Below, piece after piece: positions 9,279 through 16,462 of a DNA stretch of 32,000 nt. Position 1 is the first letter of the stretch; each line of letters starts with the position of its first letter. Made by a program: the position numbers and the translations under genes. The DNA comes from Candidatus Saccharimonadota bacterium (GTDB lineage Bacteria > Patescibacteriota > Microgenomatia > UBA1406 > GWC2-37-13). Below the pieces are notes generated by a model. It did no database searches, had not been told where the DNA came from, and was given only the letters and a program-made list of their open reading frames with translations. The stretch covers positions 60,001-92,000 of the forward strand of contig CP066689.1 of NCBI GenBank assembly GCA_016432445.1, given 5' to 3'.

Positions 9279-9322
9279 GAAAACAACCCCCTCACCTTCT
9301 TTGTCTAGGGCTCTGGGGGTTG
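9279..9322 (-). terminator. candidate intrinsic terminator after hup
   Basis: Minus strand: CAACCCCC, a 23-nt loop, GGGGGTTG, then TTTTC, starting 11 nt after the HU stop codon. Confidence 0.5.
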
Positions 9323-9332
9323 CTCTGTTAAT

Positions 9333-9605
9333 TTATTTCACTTGTCTTTTTAAGCTTTTGCCAGCTGTAAAGCCAGGTGTTTTTGTTGCAGGAATCTGGA
9401 TCTCTGCTCCTGTTTGAGGATTGCGTCCTTTTCGAGAAGCTCTTTTTCTAACCATAAAAGTACCAAAACCTGTAACGACAACTTTTTCTCCTCTTTTCAT
9501 TGCATCACTAACTGTAGAAAAAATTGCTCCAACTGCATCTTTTGCAGCTTTGGAAGTCAAACCGGCTTTCTTGGCAACCTGAGCGATTAAATCTGCTTTT
9601 GTCAT
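9333..9605 (-). CDS. hup: DNA-binding protein HU
   Basis: 90 aa with MTKADLIAQVAKKAGLTSKAAKDAV...GFGTF..R.R..R.GRNPQTGAEI.IPA. Strong SD (AAAGGAGGTG) upstream. Confidence 0.92.
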   Translation of the reverse strand: MTKADLIAQVAKKAGLTSKAAKDAVGAIFSTVSDAMKRGEKVVVTGFGTFMVRKRASRKGRNPQTGAEIQIPATKTPGFTAGKSLKRQVK

Positions 9606-9678
9606 TTATTTTTCACCTCCTTTAGAGATTGTTTGCGAATTTATAATTAAAAAACTGTGAGTAAATACAAGCTCTTAA

Positions 9679-9752
9679 GCCCGCCTAAACTCGCTCTTTG
9701 TGACGACGAGCGAATAGCGTTGATCTAAGTCACAAAGCAAGAGTTGGTGGGC
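9679..9752. other. long imperfect hairpin in the putative hup 5' leader
   Basis: gcccgcc (9679-9685) pairs with ggtgggc (9746-9752), and aactc...ctttgtgac pairs with gtcacaaag...gagtt. It is a GC-rich island lying between the candidate promoter (TTGACA-17-TATTCT, 9778-9806 minus strand) and the hup SD. Confidence 0.45.
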
Positions 9753-9913
9753 CTAATAAAACTTTTTAAACAGGATAAGAATAGTTATTTTTTGGCTTCC
9801 TGTCAATCTATATTAAGAATATCTTATTGTAACAATCTATATCAAATTTAGGCTTTGGAACAATATAATTAAAGAAGTGATGAGTTCTGGGTTCCGAGTT
9901 GTTGGTTTTGAGT

Positions 9914-10007
9914 AAAAAACACCTCGGCCTTCGGCAACTCCTCTTAATAAGAGGAGAATAATTCCCCTCTTGAAAGAGGGGTCCGGCCATTGGCCGGGGG
10001 GTGTTTT
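9914..10007. repeat. closed multi-hairpin element, copy 1 (fused to rny stop codon)
   Basis: Outer stem aaaacacc/ggtgtttt encloses hairpins ctcctct-taata-agaggag, cccctct-tgaa-agagggg and ccggcc-att-ggccgg. Same architecture as 12134-12263. Confidence 0.75.
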
Positions 10008-11475
10008 ATATTTTCGTTGTTGCCTCGGCTCGGGATTCACGGATGATGGTGATTTTAATTTGACCCGGGAAGACTTCAAATTTCTGTTCCAGTTCTTCCT
10101 TTATCTTAGCCGCCAGAACTGTCATATCATCATCGCTTATTTCATCCGCCTTAACCATAACTCTAAGTTCGCGTCCGGCCTGTAAGGCATAAGCATCTCT
10201 GACTCCTTTTTTAGTTTTGGCAACATCCTCAATTGTTTTGATTCTTTTTATGTATTCTTGCAAATCCTCATGTCTCGCTCCAGGTCTGCCCCCTGACACA
10301 GCGTCCGCAATATAAACTATTACCGCTTCAATTGAGGTAAAAGGAACATCTTCATGATGGGATGCCACACAGTCAATAACTTTTTGTGGGAATCGGTATT
10401 TTTTAACAAGTTCAACACCTAAATCAACATGCGAGCCCTCCTTATCGGCCACAATTTTACCGATATCGTGAAGTAAACAACCCAGTTTTACAATATTGAC
10501 ATCCGCTTTTAACTCATGAGCCAATGCTACTCCAATTCTTGTTTCTTCCAAAGTGTGAAGAATCATATTTTGGCCATATGAGTATCTGTATTTGAATCGG
10601 CCAAGCATCCGGGTAATCTCAGGGGGAAGGTTATAGATTCCCACCTTATGAACCATTTCCTCACCGGCTTTAAAGATTGCTTTTTCAATCTCCTCTTTTG
10701 TTTTATGAACTATCTCTTCAATACGCTGAGGTTGAATGCGCCCATCTTTGATTAATCTTTCCAAAGAAAGACGGGCAATTTCGCGACGGGTGGCATCAAA
10801 TGAAGAAATTTTAATTACACCTTCCTCTTCCAAATCAACATCAACTCCCGTGGCCAGTTCAAAAGCCCGGATGTTGCGTCCGTCTTTGCCGATAATCCTT
10901 CCTTTATAATCATCGCTGGGAAGAGAAACAACTGACAAAGTATACTCGGCCACATAATCAGTTGCCCCATAACGCATAGCATCAAGCAACATCTCTTTGG
11001 CTTTCTCATCTTTTGTTTGCTGTATCTCTTCTTCTGCCTGTTTTATTCTTTTGGCAACTTCCGCTTTTAATTTTTCTTCCCATCCTTGCAAAAGCAATGT
11101 CCGTGCTTGGTCTTTAGTCATTGCCGCTACTTTTTCAAGTTTTTGTAATATAGATTCCCTTTTCTCTTCAAGCTCCTTTTTAAGCTGTTCTGTCTGCTGT
11201 TTCTCCCTTTCTGCATTCTGTTTATCTTTATTCAGCTGATTTTCCTTATCTTCAAGCTGCTGTTCGCGGCGGGCTAATCTTTTGTCAACTTCTAAAGTAT
11301 CGGCAGTTAACTTGCGGGCTTCACGTTCTGCCTCTTGCTTGATCTTTAAAGCCTCTTCATTGGCTTTTAAAATAATCTCTTTTGATTCCTGCTTTACTTT
11401 TATAAGTTCATCCTGTTTCTCCTTTTCCTGTTCTTTTTTACTAAGAAATAGTTTTTTTAAAAATTGAGGTAACAT
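10006..11475 (-). CDS. rny: ribonuclease Y
   Basis: 489 aa. Has an N-terminal charged coiled coil, a KH domain (GRIIGKDGRNIRAFE) and an HD domain (LLHDIGK...ASHH). Confidence 0.92.
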   Translation of the reverse strand: MLPQFLKKLFLSKKEQEKEKQDELIKVKQESKEIILKANEEALKIKQEAEREARKLTADTLEVDKRLARREQQLEDKENQLNKDKQNAEREKQQTEQLKKELEEKRESILQKLEKVAAMTKDQARTLLLQGWEEKLKAEVAKRIKQAEEEIQQTKDEKAKEMLLDAMRYGATDYVAEYTLSVVSLPSDDYKGRIIGKDGRNIRAFELATGVDVDLEEEGVIKISSFDATRREIARLSLERLIKDGRIQPQRIEEIVHKTKEEIEKAIFKAGEEMVHKVGIYNLPPEITRMLGRFKYRYSYGQNMILHTLEETRIGVALAHELKADVNIVKLGCLLHDIGKIVADKEGSHVDLGVELVKKYRFPQKVIDCVASHHEDVPFTSIEAVIVYIADAVSGGRPGARHEDLQEYIKRIKTIEDVAKTKKGVRDAYALQAGRELRVMVKADEISDDDMTVLAAKIKEELEQKFEVFPGQIKITIIRESRAEATTKI

Positions 11476-11532
11476 AATCCATTTTTTTCTTGAAGAAAAA
11501 ATACGTTTATGGATACACTTATTTATTAAGTC

Positions 11533-11630
11533 AAAACGGGTGACGCGAGTTCAGGGCTCCCATTAGCATGGACCCCGACGTTTTGTCGGGGGAATCCTGA
11601 TGGGAAAAAACGAGCGGCAGGCCCCGTTTC
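11533..11630. ncRNA. candidate structured RNA / rny leader element (unclassified)
   Basis: GC-rich island in an otherwise AT-rich 280-bp ORF-free spacer. Nested pairings: aaacggg/cccgttt (outer), cccat/atggg, and ccccgac-5nt-gtcgggg (apical, 11573-11591). I could not match it to a known RNA family. Confidence 0.3.
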
Positions 11631-11755
11631 ATTCCTAATGATAAGAAGACGATTTAATAAATTTGTATTCATTCAATTCCCTCTTCAAGGAATTTTTAAT
11701 ATTGTCCCTATTTTACTCCCTCACTCAAAAATCTTCAAATGAATTTCGAGCGGAA

Positions 11756-12133
11756 CTAATCTCTGTTGGATGTTTTATGCATAGTAATCCAGTTTTTAAT
11801 AACAACAATTACTCCATCCATGTCATTTTTAACTTGATCGTTAGTAAAACGTAAAATATTTATTCCCAACTTATAAAGCTGATCTTGTCTCTTCTCATCG
11901 TAATTACCTTTTAACTCATGACTATCTCCATCAATCTCGATGGCTAGTTTTAGTAAATTGTTGTAAAAATCAACAATATAATTTCCTAAAGGTTTCTGCC
12001 GGTTAAAATCGATACCCAAAACCTGTTTATTTTTCAACCTTTTCCATAAAATAATTTCTGCAACTGTACTATTTTTTCTTAAATGAGAAGCAATCTTTTT
12101 TAGTTTTGGATTATAAGGTATTGTATATGACAT
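11756..12133 (-). CDS. DUF559 (Vsr-like restriction-endonuclease-fold) domain protein
   Basis: 125 aa with the pattern LRKNSTVAEIILWKRLKNKQ..G..F.RQKP.G.YIVDFY......AIEIDGDSH......D..R...L...G...LRF.N..V typical of DUF559. Confidence 0.8.
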   Translation of the reverse strand: MSYTIPYNPKLKKIASHLRKNSTVAEIILWKRLKNKQVLGIDFNRQKPLGNYIVDFYNNLLKLAIEIDGDSHELKGNYDEKRQDQLYKLGINILRFTNDQVKNDMDGVIVVIKNWITMHKTSNRD

Positions 12134-12263
12134 AAAAACACCCCCCGCCTAAATGCGAGATCTTTTGGCGGGGTACTCCTCTTGGAAAGAGGAGACATAC
12201 AAACACTCCTTAGATTCCCCTCTTCGCAAGAGGGGTGGCCAGCTGAGCTGGCCGGGGTGTTTT
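12134..12263. repeat. closed multi-hairpin element, copy 2 (between recX stop and DUF559 start)
   Basis: Outer stem aaaacacccc/ggggtgtttt encloses ccccgcc...ggcgggg, ctcctct-tggaa-agaggag, cccctct-tcgca-agagggg and ggccagc-tga-gctggcc. Confidence 0.75.
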
Positions 12264-12744
12264 ATCCTTCCTCCATCTCTTCAATCACTTTTTTAGCAAT
12301 TGAAAAAGAAAAACCGCGGCGCATAAGAAACTGAGCGGCTTTTTCAAAACGGGTTTTTTTATCGAAATGATTAAAGTGAAACCAGCGGTTATGAAGAGCT
12401 TGTTTAGCCAGATCTTCTTGATTTGAAGGATTTTCTGTAAAGAATTCATCAATTATATCTTTCTCCACGCCTGCCTTTAGGAGTTCCTGTTTCAAAGCAA
12501 ACTCGCTTTTGGGTTTAACAATGTTTCTTGTAACTACAAAAGACTCAACAAATTTTTTATCATTTATGAGTCCTTCTTCTTCAAGTAAAGAAAGCGCCTC
12601 TTCAATCACTTCTGGCGACCAATGGTAAAACTTCTCAGATTTTTTACTAAGATAAGAGACAACCTCTTTTCGCGTGCGGGGCCGGAATTTAAGATAAAAA
12701 TAAGCGCGGTTAAGAGCTTTTTGAACGTGATCTTGCCTGTTCAT
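12262..12744 (-). CDS. recX: recombination regulator RecX
   Basis: 160 aa directly downstream of recA. Helical-repeat sequence typical of RecX ([26 protein letters not shown]...). Overlaps the recA 3' end by 35 nt. Confidence 0.8.
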   Translation of the reverse strand: MNRQDHVQKALNRAYFYLKFRPRTRKEVVSYLSKKSEKFYHWSPEVIEEALSLLEEEGLINDKKFVESFVVTRNIVKPKSEFALKQELLKAGVEKDIIDEFFTENPSNQEDLAKQALHNRWFHFNHFDKKTRFEKAAQFLMRRGFSFSIAKKVIEEMEEG

Positions 12745-13753
12745 CTTGGCTTTTTCCCAATTGTTTTTCAGTAATTTCTTTTAAGAATTGCTGTTTTAAT
12801 TTTTCGTCACTAGCTAAAAGTTCTTTAACCGCCTCTTTTCCTTGGCCTAAAATCTTCTCTCCATGTTTAAGAAATGACCCGGCCTTAGTAATTACTCCTG
12901 CCAAAATGGCCGCATCAATAATCCCTTCTTCGCGATCAACTCCTGAGGCCGTAATAACCACCTCGGCTTCTTTAAACGGAGGAGCCACTTTGTTTTTCAC
13001 AACCTTAACTCTTACTCTTGCACCATAAACTTCATTATTTTTCTTCAAGGTTTCAATTTTCCTGACATCCATACGGACTGAGGCATAAAACTTTAAAGCT
13101 AATCCTCCCGGGGTCGTTTCCGGATTACCAAACATAATACCGATTTTTAGTCTTAATTGGTTGGTGAAAATGATCGTGGTTCTTGATTTGGAAACAACAC
13201 CGGTTAATTTTCTTAAAGCTTGAGACATAAGTCTGGCTTGAAGACCCATCTGCGAATCTCCCATCTCCCCTTCAATCTCAGCTCTTGGAACTAATGCCGC
13301 CACCGAATCAATAACCACTAAATCAACTCCGCCAGAACGGATCAAAGCTTCAGCAATTTCTAAAGCCTGTTCCCCTGTATCAGGTTGAGAGATAAGTAAG
13401 TTATCAAGTTGGACTCCCAAAATTCGGGCCCATTCAGGGTCAAGTGCATGCTCGGCATCAATAAAAGCCGCCACTCCACCTGCTTTTTGAATTTGGGCAA
13501 TAAAAGATAAACAAATAGTTGTTTTTCCTGAAGCCTCAGGCCCGAAGATCTCAATAATTCTTCCCTTTGGAATTCCGCCAACACCCAAAGCCGTGTCCAG
13601 TGGCAAAATACCGCTGGGAATAACTTCGATGGCTGTGAGTGGTTTTTCACCCATCCGCATAATAGATCCCCGTCCAAATTGTTTTTGAATTTGCTCTATT
13701 GCCAATTCCACTGCTTGATTTCTCGGATTATCGTTTTTATCGCTTGTTTTCAT
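12710..13753 (-). CDS. recA: recombinase RecA
   Basis: Walker [10 protein letters not shown], plus [32 protein letters not shown] and [15 protein letters not shown]. Confidence 0.97.
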   Translation of the reverse strand: MKTSDKNDNPRNQAVELAIEQIQKQFGRGSIMRMGEKPLTAIEVIPSGILPLDTALGVGGIPKGRIIEIFGPEASGKTTICLSFIAQIQKAGGVAAFIDAEHALDPEWARILGVQLDNLLISQPDTGEQALEIAEALIRSGGVDLVVIDSVAALVPRAEIEGEMGDSQMGLQARLMSQALRKLTGVVSKSRTTIIFTNQLRLKIGIMFGNPETTPGGLALKFYASVRMDVRKIETLKKNNEVYGARVRVKVVKNKVAPPFKEAEVVITASGVDREEGIIDAAILAGVITKAGSFLKHGEKILGQGKEAVKELLASDEKLKQQFLKEITEKQLGKSQDEQARSRSKSS

Positions 13754-13840
13754 AAAAATTTATGAAATTATAATGTCACCATTATGCCTAAACATCTCAA
13801 AAAATTCAATAGATTATAAGCCACAAAGTTGAGTAAATAA

Positions 13841-13920
13841 ATTCAAATATCAAATAAATATTTGGATTTTAGATTTTGGATTTGATTTGAAATTTGACAT
13901 TTGGATTTTGACATTTAGAA
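13841..13920. repeat. heptamer-repeat hairpin element (TTGGATT/TGACATT word family)
   Basis: attcaaatatcaaataaata is followed by tttggattttagattttggatttgatttgaaatttgacatttggattttgacatttagaa. The terminal 22-mer is identical to 5633-5654 and overlaps the stop codon of the UbiA-family gene. Confidence 0.75.
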
Positions 13921-14835
13921 GATATAGATAAGTCCTACCATAATCAATCCCCAAAGCAGGATGGTAATAATTAAAGGTTTGTCATTGGTAATAATTTTCT
14001 CCGGCAGTTCTCCTTGTTCTTTTTGATAAAGAAGCTGGGCATAGCGGGCAATCCCATAAACTACTAAAGGAATTGAGATCATCAGCCATTTTCTAGCCTC
14101 AAATCCAGGGAGAATTTTGGAGATCGTATCAGAAAATACAGTAGTAACCTGCGGCGGTTTTTCAAAATAAGTGTAAAAGGAAAATGAAATTATAGTGGCT
14201 GTAGCAAAGGTGTTGGTTAAAAAATCAAGCAAATGCTCTTTATACTCAACTAATGACAATCTTGTTTCTGTCCCCCTCCCCACCAGCTCCGCATGCCTTT
14301 TAACAGTGGCCATGAAAAGCGATACGAAAAAAATGGTAAGCAAAAGCCAGATTGGAATATGATATCCTGAGACAACTTCACCAGCAAAAGTGCGGATCAT
14401 AAAAGAAAATGAGATGGTAAAAATATCTATTATCGGGTGTTTTTTAAGATAAAGAGAATAAAAAAAATGAATCAGAATAAATACGAAAGATAACAGGAAA
14501 AATGAAACGGAAAAAAGAATAGAGACTATTAAAGAAGCAAACGTCAATAGGAAAACTGTGAAAGTCGCCTCAGCAATAGTTACCTCGCCCGAAGCAATCG
14601 GCCGCTGTTTTTTTACCGGATGCTTTTTATCTAACGGATAATCAATAATGTCGTTTAAAACGTAAGAAGCCGAAGATAAAAAACAAAAAACAAAAAACGC
14701 AAAAAGAGATTTTGAAAAAAGATCAACATCAAAAAGTTTTCCTGAAAAAACAATGGCCACAAAAATGACTAAGTTTTTTATCCATTGATTAACCCGAAGC
14801 ATCCGCATTAATACAAAGATTCTTTCTTTTTTCAT
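13915..14835 (-). CDS. UbiA-family prenyltransferase (decaprenyl-phosphate phosphoribosyltransferase-like)
   Basis: Polytopic membrane protein with the NDIIDYPLDKKHP Asp-rich motif and KQRPIASGEV. Confidence 0.75.
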   Translation of the reverse strand: MKKERIFVLMRMLRVNQWIKNLVIFVAIVFSGKLFDVDLFSKSLFAFFVFCFLSSASYVLNDIIDYPLDKKHPVKKQRPIASGEVTIAEATFTVFLLTFASLIVSILFSVSFFLLSFVFILIHFFYSLYLKKHPIIDIFTISFSFMIRTFAGEVVSGYHIPIWLLLTIFFVSLFMATVKRHAELVGRGTETRLSLVEYKEHLLDFLTNTFATATIISFSFYTYFEKPPQVTTVFSDTISKILPGFEARKWLMISIPLVVYGIARYAQLLYQKEQGELPEKIITNDKPLIITILLWGLIMVGLIYIF

Positions 14836-14890
14836 GGGCTACTTGAATTATACAACGATTATCCTGTATAGTGTTAGAACTTAAATCTCT

Positions 14891-15328
14891 ATGGACAAAT
14901 TTGATAAAAGCAAATTTACGACTATTCCTTATCAAAAAAAAATTGATAAACCATGGGGTTATGAAATAATTTACACTCCGGAAAATGCTTCAGCAACAGG
15001 GAAAATATTGCACATTGATGCACGTAAAAGAATAAGTCTTCAATATCATGATGAAAAATCTGAGACTCTATGTCTTATAAAAGGACAAGCAGTAATTACT
15101 TTAAGTAACCAAAATGGAGAGACTGAAGAAATACCAATGGAACACTTTAAAGGCTATTTTATTACCCCAGGCCAAATTCACAGAATAACAGCTATTATTG
15201 ATACAGATATTTGTGAATCATCTATCCCTGAAATCGGTAACACTGTCCGTTTGCAAGATGATGTTGGTAGACCGACAGAAACAGAAGAGATGAGAAGACT
15301 TGAAAATCGAGGTTGGAAAAAACAATAA
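14891..15328 (+). CDS. cupin-domain protein (type II phosphomannose-isomerase C-terminal-like)
   Basis: KPWGYE...GKILHIDARKRISLQYHDEKSETLCLIKGQA matches the cupin motif WG.E....K.l.v.pg..lSlQ.H..R.E.w.v..G. Confidence 0.6.
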   Translation: MDKFDKSKFTTIPYQKKIDKPWGYEIIYTPENASATGKILHIDARKRISLQYHDEKSETLCLIKGQAVITLSNQNGETEEIPMEHFKGYFITPGQIHRITAIIDTDICESSIPEIGNTVRLQDDVGRPTETEEMRRLENRGWKKQ

Positions 15329-15358
15329 TTATTCCTATTATCAGTTTTTTTTAAAATT

Positions 15359-15967
15359 ATGAATATTGATTTTAAGAACGTTTCTAAACATTATGCTCCT
15401 CGTACTCATGAAAAAATGCAGGAAGTTTTAATGAATCCTCAAGGAGTTGGACCAGAAATTCATTATTACATGATAAGAGGTGGTAAAAATCAAAAAAACA
15501 TTACTATTTGGGAACCGGGAACAATAAGTGGCGAATATATTAAAACTTACGGACACTATCATTTAGGACAGCTTGATGAAACTTACTGGATCACTTTTGG
15601 ACAAGGAATCGCCGTATTGCAAAAATTAGCTCTTGATGAAAAAGGGGAGATGATCCCTGATGTTGTTGAAGAGTTTAAAGTCATAAAGGTTAAACCTGGA
15701 GATAGTATTTATATGCCACCAGGTTATGGACATCTCTTTGCTAATGTTGGAGAAACATATTTTGTGACAGCTGATAACAGCCCTGTTAATTTCGGGGATG
15801 TTGATCCTTCAGGAATGCCCGGTCATGCCGATTATGAACCTGTAAAAAAAATGCAAGGCTTTGCCTATTACGTGGTTGAACATGAAGGCAAACCAGCTCT
15901 TAAAAAAAATCTAAAATATAAAGAAATTAAAAAGGAAGATCTTGGAGGTTTGTCTGTCATTGTCTGA
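15359..15967 (+). CDS. cupin-type (archaeal-type) glucose-6-phosphate isomerase
   Basis: PGTISGEYIKTYGHYH....DETYW and PGDSIYMPPGYGHLFANVGE align by eye with Pyrococcus cPGI (PGKVGKEFFFTKGHFH...AEVY; PGTVVYVPPYWAHRTVNIGD). Confidence 0.7.
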   Translation: MNIDFKNVSKHYAPRTHEKMQEVLMNPQGVGPEIHYYMIRGGKNQKNITIWEPGTISGEYIKTYGHYHLGQLDETYWITFGQGIAVLQKLALDEKGEMIPDVVEEFKVIKVKPGDSIYMPPGYGHLFANVGETYFVTADNSPVNFGDVDPSGMPGHADYEPVKKMQGFAYYVVEHEGKPALKKNLKYKEIKKEDLGGLSVIV

Positions 15968-15994
15968 GATCTTCGATATTCGATTTTCGATATT
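15968..15994. repeat. heptamer-repeat arm (TTCGAT words), left inverted repeat of the four-helix-bundle cassette
   Basis: cttcgat|attcgat|tttcgat|attagat, starting right after the PGI stop codon. The inverted partner is at 16421-16452. Confidence 0.8.
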
Positions 15995-16361
15995 AGATTT
16001 TAGTTTTAAGATATCTAATAAGTCCACTAATCATCATGCCGATTTTATTAGCTTCATTAAGTAATTCTATAGAAATATGCTCATCAATGTATTTTAAATC
16101 TTTCGCAAGAATTATCTGATACTTTGTTTCTGCTAAAGAACTTTTAGACATGTATAAAAATCGCACAAAATCTTTTTTACTACCTCGTTCGTTTCCTTCT
16201 ACTATATTTGTAGAAATGGAAGCTGACGATCTTCGGATTTGATCCACTAATGAATATTTTTCATTCATTGGAAAATATTTTGTTATTTCATATATTTTTA
16301 ATACTAATTTATGTGAACGATTCCAAACTTCCAATTTTTCAAACTGATTATTAAAATTCAT
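15993..16361 (-). CDS. four-helix-bundle protein (23S rRNA intervening-sequence protein family, TIGR02436-like)
   Basis: 122 aa. LEVWNRSHKLVLKIYEITKYFP..EKYSLVDQIRRSSASISTNIVEG..R.SKKDFVRFLYMSKSSLAETKYQIILAKDLKYI matches the family consensus over its full length. Confidence 0.9.
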   Translation of the reverse strand: MNFNNQFEKLEVWNRSHKLVLKIYEITKYFPMNEKYSLVDQIRRSSASISTNIVEGNERGSKKDFVRFLYMSKSSLAETKYQIILAKDLKYIDEHISIELLNEANKIGMMISGLIRYLKTKI

Positions 16362-16420
16362 AAAATGATCATCTCATATCTAAAAATAATATCAGTCGCT
16401 TATCGTCAACAATATTAAGT

Positions 16421-16452
16421 AAATCGAACGTCGAATATCGAAAATCGATGAT
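16421..16452. repeat. heptamer-repeat arm (ATCGA words), right inverted repeat of the four-helix-bundle cassette
   Basis: aaatcga|acgtcga|atatcga|aaatcga|tgatc. This is the reverse-complement word set of 15968-15994. Confidence 0.8.
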
Positions 16453-16462
16453 CAGGAGCTTT

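Noticed and set aside
9808-10185. Three short ORFs (9808..9990, 9837..10079, 9970..10185) around the rny 3' end.
   Set aside because: They are read through the multi-hairpin element and the heptamer arm, or lie antisense to rny. The peptides are low complexity with no start context.
10815-11467. ORFs 10815..11009, 10997..11239 and 11282..11467 overlapping rny.
   Set aside because: They are out of frame or antisense within the well-supported RNase Y gene. The Ser/Phe/Cys-rich translations are typical of the antisense of a Lys/Glu-rich coiled coil.
11533-11630. Considered whether the GC-rich structured island is SRP (4.5S) RNA, 6S RNA or a tRNA.
   Set aside because: On neither strand could I find the conserved SRP helix-8 features, a GNRA/GGAA tetraloop closing a stem with the AGCA-containing 3' strand. 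It has no tRNA cloverleaf or T-loop GTTCGAATC-type sequence, and it is too short for 6S RNA. Left as unclassified.
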